A DNA stretch of 59,949 nucleotides, filler included, from Nanobdellati archaeon (GCA_013152815.1; 5 parts of 5 records of this genome joined end to end with filler, not necessarily neighbours in it); one strand, 5' to 3'; numbered from the whole stretch's first letter, positions 1 through 9,927 are shown. The notes: generated by a model not told the origin, from the sequence alone. Translations and numbers: made by a program.

Positions 1-91
1 GGATCTCTGAATAGACGCCCAGCTGGCGTATCCTGCGTGCGAGGAGATGGGCATACTGGCCGCCCATGTCCAGGATGATGATCTTTTCCAT
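1..91 (-). CDS. guaA: GMP synthase glutamine amidotransferase domain, N-terminus (runs off window)
   Basis: Manual translation from ATG at 91: MEKIIILDMGGQYAHLLARRIRQLGVYSEI, matching the GuaA GATase start (ILDxGxQYxxLIARRIR..GVYSEI). Not in the ORF track. Confidence 0.88.
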   Translation of the reverse strand, partial: MEKIIILDMGGQYAHLLARRIRQLGVYSEI

Positions 92-110
92 GCTGAGTAT
101 CATTATGATG

Positions 111-126
111 TCATTTATATAAATGA
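111..126. promoter_or_regulatory. Palindromic TATA box (TCATTTATATAAATGA), probable guaA promoter, possibly bidirectional
   Basis: Perfect 16-bp palindrome containing TTTATATAAA, about 23 nt from the guaA ATG, between divergent genes. Confidence 0.6.
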
Positions 127-172
127 TTGTTTCTGATATCTTCCCAAAAGGAATAATTAATAAAGTCAAAAC

Positions 173-736
173 ATGTGTGTTGTCCATATGAGAAAAAAGG
201 TGATTATCCTAAGTTTGATTCTCTTTATCGTATTTTTGTTGTCTTTGTTCTTGTATATCCATTATGAGAGAAAGACTGCTCTTTGTTACAAGCTTAACTT
301 ATGTGAACATTTTGATGGTCTGATCAGCGATACGCCAGAACATGATCTCATTGCCGAGGCCATAGTACGTTACATGAATACGTATGATGTTTCTTTGTAT
401 ATGCCGAAAAAAGAATATTCTCTTGAAAAAGGAGAGTCCGAGGTATTTCTATTTGGTTTAAAAAATATCAAATCCTATCCAATCGAGTCTAGAATCAACA
501 TCATCTGTAGCAAAGCACCGAATGCTACCTGTGGAGATTCGGATGAAAAGATTGTCCTCACTTTCAGCTCTGAATATGGTCCGATAGAGCCAAATGAGAT
601 TCAACTTGTTCCAGTCCAAATCGCTCGAGGATCAAAAGTCCCTTCAGGACAATATGCATTTCAAGTCAAAGTCATTTTCTCTTCGGAAAATGAAACCCTC
701 TCTGAATCAGAATCGTTCTTTGTCAATGCACGATGA
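173..736 (+). CDS. Hypothetical membrane-anchored protein with beta-rich extracellular domain
   Basis: MRKK plus hydrophobic helix (probable start 188), then a beta-strand-like domain. More AT-rich than its neighbours. Overlaps the convergent AMP phosphorylase stop. Confidence 0.65.
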   Translation: MCVVHMRKKVIILSLILFIVFLLSLFLYIHYERKTALCYKLNLCEHFDGLISDTPEHDLIAEAIVRYMNTYDVSLYMPKKEYSLEKGESEVFLFGLKNIKSYPIESRINIICSKAPNATCGDSDEKIVLTFSSEYGPIEPNEIQLVPVQIARGSKVPSGQYAFQVKVIFSSENETLSESESFFVNAR

Positions 737-2213
737 ACGAAGCATGCTTCTTTGCAAAGTCTCTTGCGAAACCGAGCCTTTGTCGGTTGTTCGTGTAAAT
801 CGTATAGATCAAGTCTCCTCTCTTGACCGTTTCATTCTTGTGCTTATGGAGAAGGATGCCTGCTCCGGCATCTCTCGGCGCGCCGGCTATCCTCGCGATC
901 TTCGAGATATTCTCGTTGTTGATGATGTCGATGCGTCCTGCCTTGGGAGACCTGACATGGAGCGTGAACTTCCCCGGCTGCTTCTCCGGGTCAAGCTCTT
1001 TCTTTCCCTGCGCCTCGACGATCTCTTTGAATTTCTTCCATGCCTGCCCTGATTCCAGGGTCTGCATGGCGAGACGGAAGCCCTTTCCCTTGGATGCCTT
1101 GCCTGCCATCTCGAGGATTCGTCCTGCCATCATGACCGACTTGTCTTTGAGGTCAAGCGGAGCACACCCATCGCCGCGGAGGACATGGAGGACATCCTTG
1201 GCCTCGAGGATCGGTCCGAAGCCGTTCCCGATGGGCGTGCTGCCGTCGGTGATGATGCACCTGATGGTCATGCCTATGCGTCGTCCGATGGTCTCGAACT
1301 GCCGTTTCAGGGAGAGCGCCTTGTGGATGTTCTCTATCTTCGACCCTTTTCCCGACGGGATGTCCACCAGCACATGGGTCGCCGAGACCGATGCTTTCTT
1401 CGCGAGGATGGACGCGATGAGCTGGCTTCTTGAGTCGATGGAGAGCGGATGCTCCACCCGTATGATGCGGTCGTCGGCAGGAGCCAGATTGATGGCTCCG
1501 CCCCAGACGAGGCAGGCGTTGGTCTTCCTGATGACCCGTCTGATCTTCCTGATGGGAAATGCCACCGACGTGATGACCTCCATGGTGTCTGCGGTGCCTG
1601 CGGGCGAGGTGATGCTCCTGGAAGAGGTCTTGGGGATGAGCAGGCCATGGGAGGCGACGATGGCGACGATGATGGGTGTCGTGCGGTTTCCTGCCACTCC
1701 CCCGACACAATGCTTGTCGATGACCGGCTTTCTCTTGAAGGTGAGCCGCTCGCCGAACTTTATCATGGCCTTGGTCAGGTCGACGGTCTCCTGTGTCGTC
1801 ATGAGCCGGGTGCTGCAGGCAGCCACGAAATAGGTGGTCTCGATGTCGTCGAGACGGTTGGAGACGATGTCTCTGATGATGGCGTCTATCTCCCGCCGGG
1901 AGAGGGTCTCTCCCTCAAGCTTCTTCCTGATGAACTTCAGCGACTCAGGCTTGGTCTCCAGCGAAAGCTCTACCGGTTGGCGGTTCTTGACTCCCAGCTC
2001 CAGGAACGTCTCTTTCACGAGACCGAGGGTCCCTTTCCTGATGAACGAATCGCCGCTGGAAATATCGACCTTTGCGATGACGAGACGTCTCCGATTCCTG
2101 ATGTTCACCCGGTCGCCGTTATGAAGGTCGAGGCATTCCGCATCCTGATCGTTCATGATGACGATGTTCGGTCCTCCTGTCGCTATCTTCAGATCTTCAA
2201 CGAGAAATCTCAT
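723..2213 (-). CDS. deoA: AMP phosphorylase (thymidine phosphorylase family)
   Basis: DKHCVGGVAGNRTT and PKTSSRSITSPAGTADTME motifs plus the archaeal-type N-terminal extension. Start set at MRFLVED (2213), just after the upstream stop. Confidence 0.93.
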   Translation of the reverse strand: MRFLVEDLKIATGGPNIVIMNDQDAECLDLHNGDRVNIRNRRRLVIAKVDISSGDSFIRKGTLGLVKETFLELGVKNRQPVELSLETKPESLKFIRKKLEGETLSRREIDAIIRDIVSNRLDDIETTYFVAACSTRLMTTQETVDLTKAMIKFGERLTFKRKPVIDKHCVGGVAGNRTTPIIVAIVASHGLLIPKTSSRSITSPAGTADTMEVITSVAFPIRKIRRVIRKTNACLVWGGAINLAPADDRIIRVEHPLSIDSRSQLIASILAKKASVSATHVLVDIPSGKGSKIENIHKALSLKRQFETIGRRIGMTIRCIITDGSTPIGNGFGPILEAKDVLHVLRGDGCAPLDLKDKSVMMAGRILEMAGKASKGKGFRLAMQTLESGQAWKKFKEIVEAQGKKELDPEKQPGKFTLHVRSPKAGRIDIINNENISKIARIAGAPRDAGAGILLHKHKNETVKRGDLIYTIYTNNRQRLGFARDFAKKHASFIVH

Positions 2214-2214
2214 G

Positions 2215-3288
2215 TTAGTCCTCCTCACTCTCTTGCTGGTAGAGCTCGACGATGGAGATGGTCAACGACAGCATCAACGGTCCGAGGATGATGCCGATGA
2301 ACGAGAACAGTTTCAGGCCTCCGAAGACGCCGATGAGCACGATGATGGGATGGACCTTGCCCCGGTCGCCTATGAGCTTCGGCTTGAGGATGTTGTCTAT
2401 GGTGGAGATGAGGAACAGGCCATAGATGAACAGTCCTATGCCATGGCCGATGCGTCCCGGAGACGGACCCAGCAGTCCCATGAGTATATCATAGAGCGCG
2501 AGCGGCACCCAGATGATGGCTGTCCCGACGAAGGGGATCAAGGCTCCCACGGCAGTGAGCAGGCCCCAGAGGATGGGTGAGCTGATGCCGAAGATGAGAT
2601 ACCCGATGCTTGCGATGATGCCCTGGGTCAGGGCAGTGATCAATGATCCGTAGATGACGCCATAGGAGACGTCCTGGATGGTCTTCTTCAGCCGTCGCTG
2701 ATGCTTTTTCTTGAGCAGGGTCATGTTCCAGAGGGTGTCTGATATCCGCTGGCCATCGATGAACAGGTAGTACATGACAAAGATGATGATGAAGATGGCA
2801 AAGATCCTCGACGGGAGCCGGATGAGGAAGTCGATGGTCGTCTCCCGCAGGGACGTGAACCCTTTCTGCACGGTCTGCTCGAAATAGGTCTCTGCGTTCA
2901 CATCCTCAAAGATGGCCTTTCCATAGTTCAGGGGAGTGCAGATAAACGAGCTTTCTGAGCAGGTGAAGTTGCCCAAAGAGATGATGTTTATCTTGTCTTT
3001 GGTGGTCAGATAAGCGCTGAACGCTTCCTGGGATATGGCGTTGAGTATGAAGACCATCGGTATGGTCACGAGGAGCACGAGGAGTATGGACAGGAGGAAT
3101 GCGGCCACTCTCCTGTTCTTGATGAAGCGGTTCATCCACCGGTAGAGCGGGTAGAAGATGTAGGCGAGCAGTGCCCCTGTGATGATAGAGACGAGGAACG
3201 GCTTGATGATGAAGAAGGAGATGGCTATCAGGATGATGACTAGCAGTGCCTTGATATAATGGGCATAATTGTTCGCTATCCCTCTCAC
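2215..3288 (-). CDS. AI-2E family transporter (PerM/UPF0118)
   Basis: Multi-TM protein with PFVGTAIIWVP, DNILKPKLIG and HPIIVLIGVFGGL..F...GIILGP motifs. The track's start at 3453 lies inside a tRNA, so the real start is GTG 3288 or ATA 3279. Confidence 0.9.
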   Translation of the reverse strand: MRGIANNYAHYIKALLVIILIAISFFIIKPFLVSIITGALLAYIFYPLYRWMNRFIKNRRVAAFLLSILLVLLVTIPMVFILNAISQEAFSAYLTTKDKINIISLGNFTCSESSFICTPLNYGKAIFEDVNAETYFEQTVQKGFTSLRETTIDFLIRLPSRIFAIFIIIFVMYYLFIDGQRISDTLWNMTLLKKKHQRRLKKTIQDVSYGVIYGSLITALTQGIIASIGYLIFGISSPILWGLLTAVGALIPFVGTAIIWVPLALYDILMGLLGPSPGRIGHGIGLFIYGLFLISTIDNILKPKLIGDRGKVHPIIVLIGVFGGLKLFSFIGIILGPLMLSLTISIVELYQQESEED

Positions 3289-3325
3289 CCCCTTCTGTCC
3301 GGTCTGAAGATGCCTGAAGATAAAC

Positions 3326-3341
3326 TGGGCCCGCCCGGATT
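3326..3341 (-). repeat. Exact 16-bp copy of the tRNA-Val(GAC) 3' end (att-like)
   Basis: TGGGCCCGCCCGGATT at 3326-3341 is identical to 3412-3427. Confidence 0.85.
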
Positions 3342-3411
3342 CCTTTGGTGCCAAAAACGTTTTACGTTTTTGAGCATGTTCAAACGTGGGCGGCACTATT
3401 GTAATAATATA

Positions 3412-3486
3412 TGGGCCCGCCCGGATTTGAACCGGGGACCTCTGCCATGTCAAGGCAGCATCATAGCCGGGCTAGACTACGGGCCC
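3412..3486 (-). tRNA. tRNA-Val(GAC), no encoded CCA
   Basis: Minus strand GGGCCCGTAGTCTAGCCCGGCTATGATG-CTGCC TT GAC AT GGCAG-AGGTC-CCCGG TTCAAAT CCGGG-CGGGCCC-A. TTTTAAAA box about 26 nt upstream. Confidence 0.95.
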
Positions 3487-3572
3487 ATGGACCTCTTGGG
3501 TTGGCCATGCGTTTTAAAATCTTGCGTTTTTCAACCGGCCTTTCCTGCGGTCAGCGAGTTTTGGGCCTTTTT

Positions 3573-4097
3573 TCAGGTGTAGTCCAGCTCTGCGCTCAGA
3601 TACATGAAGAGCATGGCCACGATGAAGATGACGACGATGACTGTCTTTGATGTGTATCTGTTCCCGAAGGCGATACCGAAGACAAGACCCAGCACGACCA
3701 GTCCGTAGGAATGTTTCAGGATGTTCTTCTTCTGCTTTATGAGATGATAGGCATACCCTGCGATGAGGAAGATGATGAGGTAGGCGACCGCGGCAGATCC
3801 TATCAGGCGTGCGATACCATAGCCGAAGATGATGGAGATCGCGATGAGGATGCCGAACCAGTCATTGGAGAAGGTCATGCGCGGCAGGACCTTGAACATC
3901 AGGGTCTCCTGGGGGTCGGGACCGAGGAAGAGTTTCCCGACTATCCAGTTGAGCAGCCAGAAAAGGATGAACGCAAGGACAAAGAACAGCCCTGTATCAA
4001 GACCGGTCCCCTCTTCCCATAGGTCATAAAGCTTCAGCACAAAAAAGAGCTCCACAAGGATGATGATGAACTGGGTCCGGTGTGTCGGCAGGCTCAT
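3573..4097 (-). CDS. Hypothetical integral membrane protein
   Basis: 174 aa, about six hydrophobic segments, ATTTAAA box upstream. Confidence 0.7.
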   Translation of the reverse strand: MSLPTHRTQFIIILVELFFVLKLYDLWEEGTGLDTGLFFVLAFILFWLLNWIVGKLFLGPDPQETLMFKVLPRMTFSNDWFGILIAISIIFGYGIARLIGSAAVAYLIIFLIAGYAYHLIKQKKNILKHSYGLVVLGLVFGIAFGNRYTSKTVIVVIFIVAMLFMYLSAELDYT

Positions 4098-4314
4098 GAT
4101 GGGTCTTTTAGTTTTCGTGTATTTAAATGTTGCTCAAAACCCGCTTCAGGACCTGCTTTTCCGCCATCCTCGGATGGCTTTTCTCGCTCCTTACCGGAGA
4201 TGTTATCATCCATAGTCTTGATGGCTATGACACCTATGAATCATTTGTTCATAACTTTTATATAAGCTGCGTCCAGGGTGACCTCATCAATTTTTCGTGA
4301 TCGAGGTGAACGTC

Positions 4315-5301
4315 ATGGACAAGACAATCAAGGCTTTGAACAAAACCGCAGAACGTCACGCCGAGCATCTCACAAAGATCAGGAAGGAGATCGGCAAGAT
4401 CATCGTCGGGCAGGATAGTATCATAGAAAAACTTCTCATCGCGCTTCTCTCCAACGGTCACGTGCTCATCGAAGGGGTCCCTGGCCTGGCGAAGACCCTC
4501 ATGGTCAAGACCCTTTCCCAGAGCTTCGATTGCGGCTTCGTGCGACTGCAGTTCACCCCCGACCTTCTTCCAGCAGATATCACCGGGACCAAGATCTATG
4601 ACCACCGAAATTCGAGCTTCAAGACCGTCAAAGGGCCGTTGTTCACCAATTTCGTCCTTGCCGATGAGATAAACCGGGCCCCTCCAAAGGTGCAGTCCGC
4701 ACTGCTGGAGGCCATGCAGGAGCGCCAGGTGAGCATCCAGGGAGACACCCTGAAGCTGCCCCGGCCCTTCCTGGTGCTCGCCACCCAGAACCCCATCGAG
4801 AGCGAGGGGACCTACAAGCTTCCTGAGGCGCAGGTCGACCGTTTCATGTTCAAGCTGCTCATCGACTATCCTTCCAAAGAAGAAGAGGTGGAGATCATCG
4901 ACCGTTTTACCGAAGAGCGGTCCTTTGCGATGGCGAAGATGCTCAACGCGAAACAGATCATGGCCATGCAGCACTTCAACAAACAGATCTATGCGGACAG
5001 GAAGATCAAGGAATATGTCGCAGAGCTTGTGGATGCCACCCGCCATCCCGAAACCTATTCCCTCGACATCGACGGTCACATAGAATTCGGTGCATCGCCG
5101 CGGGCATCCCTCTGGCTCATCCTTGCAGCGAAGGCCCATGCCCTTATCCATGGAAGAGGGTATGTGAAGCCTGAAGATGTCAAAGCCATCGCGCCGGATG
5201 TGCTGAGACACCGGATCCTGTTGACCTATGAGGCCGAAGCCGAAGAGATCACCAGTGAACTGATCATCAAGAAGATCCTGGAAACCATCAAGGTACCATG
5301 A
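4315..5301 (+). CDS. moxR: MoxR family AAA+ ATPase
   Basis: GHVLIEGVPGLAKT, QFTPDLLPADITG, LADEINRAPPKVQSALLEAMQE, ATQNPIESEGTY. GAGGTGA Shine-Dalgarno before ATG 4315. Confidence 0.95.
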   Translation: MDKTIKALNKTAERHAEHLTKIRKEIGKIIVGQDSIIEKLLIALLSNGHVLIEGVPGLAKTLMVKTLSQSFDCGFVRLQFTPDLLPADITGTKIYDHRNSSFKTVKGPLFTNFVLADEINRAPPKVQSALLEAMQERQVSIQGDTLKLPRPFLVLATQNPIESEGTYKLPEAQVDRFMFKLLIDYPSKEEEVEIIDRFTEERSFAMAKMLNAKQIMAMQHFNKQIYADRKIKEYVAELVDATRHPETYSLDIDGHIEFGASPRASLWLILAAKAHALIHGRGYVKPEDVKAIAPDVLRHRILLTYEAEAEEITSELIIKKILETIKVP

Positions 5302-5371
5302 CTTTCCCCGGTGAGCATTCGCTTGTCAGGGCCCTGATGAGACAGTGACCTATTGCATCGGAGGGTTGCGC

Positions 5372-6250
5372 ATGGAACGGACAAAAGCGGTCATACGTCA
5401 GGTGAAGAAGATCGAGCTGTCGACGAAGCATCTCGTCGACGGGCTGATAGCTGGCAACTATCATTCCATCTTCAAGGGCCAGGGCATAGAGTTCTCTGAC
5501 ATCAGGGATTATCGCCCGGGCGATGACATCCGTGCCATAGACTGGAAGGTGACGGCGCGTTTCAATCATCCCTATATCAAGGAGTTCATAGAAGAACGTG
5601 ATCTGCACGTCTATTTCATCTTCGACTATTCAGCATCAGGAAGTTTCGGCAGCCGCTGCGCAAAACGGCAGAAGGCCATCGAATTGACAGCCACGCTCAT
5701 GTTCTCTGCCATGCGGAACAATGACAATGTCGGCCTGTCCATCTTCACCGACCGCGTGGAGACGTTCATCCCTGCAAGGAAAGGCAGAAGGCACGTCCTC
5801 AAGCTCATCAGCTGCCTCGTCACCCATCAACCACGTTCGATGACCACTGACCTTCAGCAGGCCCTTGTCCATGCGTCACATGTCATCAGGAGGAAGAGTG
5901 TCATCTTCATCGTCTCTGACTTCCTCGACCAGGACTTCGTCACTCCGCTCAGGATCCTGAGGAACAGGCATGATGTCATCGCCATCCGTGTCCATGACCG
6001 AAGGGAACAGCAGATCCCCGACGTGGGCCTGATAGAGCTGGAGGATGAAGAAAGCGGTGAGCAGCTCCTGGTCGACACGTCTGACGAGACCTTCCGGCAG
6101 AACTATCAGCGCATGGTCCGGGCCGAGAAAAGGAAGCTTGATGCCCTTTTCCGGAAGCACAGGATAGATACGGTCGACATCGAGAGCGACGGTTCCTATG
6201 AGCTTCCCCTGAAGAATTTCTTTCGGATGCGGAAGCGGAGGCTGTGCTGA
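5372..6250 (+). CDS. DUF58 family protein (MoxR-associated)
   Basis: GNYHSIFKGQGIEFSDIRDYRPGDDIRAIDWKVTAR signature. Confidence 0.92.
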   Translation: MERTKAVIRQVKKIELSTKHLVDGLIAGNYHSIFKGQGIEFSDIRDYRPGDDIRAIDWKVTARFNHPYIKEFIEERDLHVYFIFDYSASGSFGSRCAKRQKAIELTATLMFSAMRNNDNVGLSIFTDRVETFIPARKGRRHVLKLISCLVTHQPRSMTTDLQQALVHASHVIRRKSVIFIVSDFLDQDFVTPLRILRNRHDVIAIRVHDRREQQIPDVGLIELEDEESGEQLLVDTSDETFRQNYQRMVRAEKRKLDALFRKHRIDTVDIESDGSYELPLKNFFRMRKRRLC

Positions 6251-7200
6251 TGGCAGGCTTCAGCGATCCTTGGGTGTTGGGCTTCCTGCTGGCCATACCG
6301 CTCCTCTTCATCCTCTATCGGCGTGTTCTCTCCAGGAAGAGGAAAGAGGCCATCAAGTTCAGCAATCTCGGTTTCATCAAATCCGCCCTGGGCGATGCCA
6401 AGAAATCGAGACGCCATGACCTGCTCTTCTATCTCGCGCTCATGGTCCTGGTGTTCATGATCATCGGGTTTGCCAACCCCCACATCCCGCTCAAGCGGGC
6501 CAAAGAAGGCGTCAATGTTGTCTTGGTCATGGACATCTCGGGCAGCATGCAGGCCACCGACTATAAGCCCACCAGGCTGGAGGCAGCCAAGAGCGCTGCT
6601 GAAATCCTCCTGCGCTCGTTGAACGACAAGGACCATGCAGGCATCGTCACCTTCGAATCGGGCGCGACGACGGCTGCCTACCTCAGCCCTTATAAGGACC
6701 AGGTCATCGAGAAGCTTCGCCATATCTCGCCGAAACAGGGAAAGACCGCCATCGGTGACGGGCTGTCCATGGGCATCGACATGGCCACCTCCATACCGAA
6801 CAGGAAGAAACTCGTCATCCTGCTTTCAGACGGCGTGAACAATGCCGGCGTCATCTCTCCGGCAGAGGCCATCCAATTCGCGAAGGCCAACAACATCCAG
6901 GTCTACACCATCGGCATGGGCTCGAAGGGGAAGACCGTCCTCGGCTATGACTGGTTCGGCAATCCCCAATACGCAGAGCTGGATGAAGCTACCCTGCGGA
7001 CCATCGCCCAGGAGACAGGAGGTGCTTATTTCAAATCGGTCGACGACCACACCCTCGATGAGATCTATGCCACCATCGGGAAGACCATCAAGCGGGAGAA
7101 AGAGGAGACCAACATCAAGGACTGGCTCTTCCTCGCGGCCCTGCTGACCTTCCTCATCTACCTGTATCTCAGCTACGGAAAGCGGAGGATCATCCAATGA
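6250..7200 (+). CDS. vWA domain membrane protein (BatA-like)
   Basis: N-terminal BatA-like TM segment, MIDAS DISGSM, GKTAIGDG, ILLSDG, C-terminal TM. ATG overlaps the DUF58 stop. Confidence 0.92.
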   Translation: MAGFSDPWVLGFLLAIPLLFILYRRVLSRKRKEAIKFSNLGFIKSALGDAKKSRRHDLLFYLALMVLVFMIIGFANPHIPLKRAKEGVNVVLVMDISGSMQATDYKPTRLEAAKSAAEILLRSLNDKDHAGIVTFESGATTAAYLSPYKDQVIEKLRHISPKQGKTAIGDGLSMGIDMATSIPNRKKLVILLSDGVNNAGVISPAEAIQFAKANNIQVYTIGMGSKGKTVLGYDWFGNPQYAELDEATLRTIAQETGGAYFKSVDDHTLDEIYATIGKTIKREKEETNIKDWLFLAALLTFLIYLYLSYGKRRIIQ

Positions 7201-8864
7201 ACCGCCAGATGAGCCTGAAGACCTGTACGGTCCTCTTCAGCATGGTCCTCTTCACCGTCCTGCTCCTCCTGCCTGCCGTCTTCGCTTCAGACATCGCCCT
7301 TTCCCTCGACCAGAAAGAATATTATTTCAGGACCGGCGAGCAGGCCGTCATCCCGCTTCATGCAAACAACACCTATGACCTTGCTGTCAATGGTATCCTG
7401 GGGACCACCCTGACCCAACAGGTCCATTCCGGAAACTTCCAGTACTCCAGCTCCAACAGCCAATCGGCCTCCTTTTCTGTGGCTCCGGGGATCAGTGAGA
7501 CCTCTATCAGCTTTGGTAGCTCAGATACGCCGATGACCCTCCTGGTGACCATGAAATTCTCCTATGTCCAAAACGGTTCGCGCGAGGTCGTCCTTGACGG
7601 CCTGAAAATCCATTTTGTGGCTGATGAAGCAGACAAGAAGAATCAGCAGGATAAGATGAGCAGCTCATCACAGAAAACCCGCCCCCCGTCATCCTCTGAT
7701 CCCTTCCGGCAGCAGCAACAGCAGATGCAGCAGATGATGAACCAGGCATTCAACCGGCAGCAGCAACAGCAGAACAACCGGCAGAACTCCCCGTCGAACA
7801 CGCAGCAGAAACTGGAGAACCATCAGCTTTCCCAGGACAGTTCTGCTCTCAAACAGCAGATGCAGCGCCAGGTCAAACAGCAGCAGGCGACCAGACAGGC
7901 ATTCCAGAAACAGCTCGCCAAGAACCAGGATTTCCAGAAGGCGCATCAGGACCTGCTGGACCAGGGCTATAACCTGACCTCTGCCGACCTCGATCCTTCG
8001 TCCAACCGGACCGGGTCCTTCGATATGCATTATCAGAACCGGCAAGGTCAGCAGGCCTCTCTCCGGGGCAAGCTGGAAGACGGCAAGATGACGGCATTGC
8101 AGAAGGATACGCCGGAGACCCGGAAGATGATGATGGACCGGTTGCAGAAGAACCAGGATTTCCAGCGCTACCAGCGACAGCTCCGGCAGGAGGGCTATCA
8201 CCAGAACAACACCCGATTCACCCAGAGCATGAACACCACGACCGTACAGGTCCAATATGCAGGTCCGAAGAACGAGAGCGCGACCATCAGGGCGCAGCTT
8301 TCCCAATCGAGCGTGGAGAAGGTCGAACTGCTCCGGCAGACCGAAGACAAACCGTCATCCTTCAACCTCTGGTCCTTCCTGCTCCTTTTGCTTCTCCTGG
8401 GGCTTGTCGGCTATCTGCTCCATGCCCGTCTCTTCCGCAGACCTCTGCAGCAGCCTGAGGTCCATCCTGCTCCGGCAAAGAAGATAGACCACCAAAAGGT
8501 TGCCCTGGCCATGCTGAAGCAAGCAGAGCGTCTCTATGCTGCGGGGAAGCAGAAGGATGCCTACGGCAGGGCAGGCCAGGCGTTGCGGTTGTTCCAAAGC
8601 CATGAGCTGGGGCTGGAGAAAGAGCTGACCAACGATGACATCATCGATCATCTGCAAGCACGAAAAAAGCCCTCTAAAGATACCAAAGCGTGTTTCGATC
8701 TCTCAAGTCTTGTCGAGTTCGCCAGATATCGTCCTAACAAGAAGGATTTTGACCGTATCATCTCGCTCAGTGAGACTATCATAACGTCCAAGCAGGTCAT
8801 AACGTCCAGGCATCTCAAGAACACGAAAACGGCAGAAAGCCACATCGACAGAAAGCTCGCATAG
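7197..8864 (+). CDS. Secreted/membrane Gln-rich protein, last gene of the MoxR-vWA operon (BatD-like position)
   Basis: Signal peptide, Q-rich linker, duplicated KNQDFQ module, TM helix, C-terminal ELTNDDII...LVEFARY segment. ATGA overlap with the vWA gene. Confidence 0.75.
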   Translation: MNRQMSLKTCTVLFSMVLFTVLLLLPAVFASDIALSLDQKEYYFRTGEQAVIPLHANNTYDLAVNGILGTTLTQQVHSGNFQYSSSNSQSASFSVAPGISETSISFGSSDTPMTLLVTMKFSYVQNGSREVVLDGLKIHFVADEADKKNQQDKMSSSSQKTRPPSSSDPFRQQQQQMQQMMNQAFNRQQQQQNNRQNSPSNTQQKLENHQLSQDSSALKQQMQRQVKQQQATRQAFQKQLAKNQDFQKAHQDLLDQGYNLTSADLDPSSNRTGSFDMHYQNRQGQQASLRGKLEDGKMTALQKDTPETRKMMMDRLQKNQDFQRYQRQLRQEGYHQNNTRFTQSMNTTTVQVQYAGPKNESATIRAQLSQSSVEKVELLRQTEDKPSSFNLWSFLLLLLLLGLVGYLLHARLFRRPLQQPEVHPAPAKKIDHQKVALAMLKQAERLYAAGKQKDAYGRAGQALRLFQSHELGLEKELTNDDIIDHLQARKKPSKDTKACFDLSSLVEFARYRPNKKDFDRIISLSETIITSKQVITSRHLKNTKTAESHIDRKLA

Positions 8865-9033
8865 AAAGATAGCATGAAAGCGTTTCCGTTTGTCGTCCCA
8901 CACGGGAGAACCAATCTCTGGCCGACGAAATCTTTATAAATGCTTATTAATGCTCGTTTTCAGCTTTTAGATAGGCCATCATTTAAACAAGATACTCTTT
9001 CACGTTCCCCAACACAAGACCCCTGGTGATCCC

Positions 9034-9927
9034 ATGTCCCTGCTCAAGCGAATAGCTGATTTCTATGATACGCATTACAAGTTCCTGCTTCTCATCCCCA
9101 TGATCCTGCTCTCGCTCTCCCTCTTCGTGGTCATCCAACACTACCTCCTGACCGGCGAGATCGTCAACAGAGGGGTCTCACTGAAGGGAGGGGTCACCAT
9201 CACCATCCCCGACGTACGCACCATGACCGCTCCAGAGATGCAGGCCTATCTCCGTTCGCTCCATCCTGACCAGGACATCATCGTCGGCGCCATCAAGAAT
9301 CCCGGAGGCGTGTCCGGACTCAATATCGAGGCAGACATCAACGACGAGAAGAGCATCCTTTCCCTGGAACAGGAGATAGAAGACAAGCTTCATCTGCAGA
9401 AGGCCGACTACAATGAAGAGATCATGGGCTCTTCGCTGGGCGCGTCCTTCTTCCTCCAGACCATCAAGGCCATCATCATCGCCTTCCTGTTCATGAGTGT
9501 CGTGGTCTTCCTCTATTTCAAGATCCCGGTACCCTCTCTGGCCGTCGTCCTGGCCGCATTCTCTGACATGGTGACCACCCTCGCGGTCATCGACCTCCTG
9601 GGAATGAAACTCTCCACAGCAGGTATCGCTGCTTTCCTCATGCTCATCGGCTATTCGGTGGATACCGATATCCTGCTCTCGACGCGGGTACTCAGACGGA
9701 AAAAAGGGACTGTTGCCGAACGTATACGCAAGGCCATGAAGACCGGCTTCATGATGAGCGCGACGACCCTCGGAGCGGTCATCGCAGGCCTTCTGGTAGC
9801 AGAATCCGCTGTGATCATCCAGATCATGTCCATCCTGCTCATCGGTCTCTGCGCAGACCTCATCTACACCTGGTTGCAGAACGGACCCCTTCTGCGGATG
9901 TATCTGGAGAGGAAACGCCATGTCTAA
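9034..9927 (+). CDS. secF: Protein translocase subunit SecF
   Basis: RGVSLKGG, LSTAGIAAFLMLIGYSVDTDILLSTRVL. Confidence 0.93.
   Translation: MSLLKRIADFYDTHYKFLLLIPMILLSLSLFVVIQHYLLTGEIVNRGVSLKGGVTITIPDVRTMTAPEMQAYLRSLHPDQDIIVGAIKNPGGVSGLNIEADINDEKSILSLEQEIEDKLHLQKADYNEEIMGSSLGASFFLQTIKAIIIAFLFMSVVVFLYFKIPVPSLAVVLAAFSDMVTTLAVIDLLGMKLSTAGIAAFLMLIGYSVDTDILLSTRVLRRKKGTVAERIRKAMKTGFMMSATTLGAVIAGLLVAESAVIIQIMSILLIGLCADLIYTWLQNGPLLRMYLERKRHV

Noticed and set aside
3289..3453. N-terminal extension of the AI-2E ORF given in the track
   Set aside because: Runs through the att-like repeat and the tRNA-Val gene
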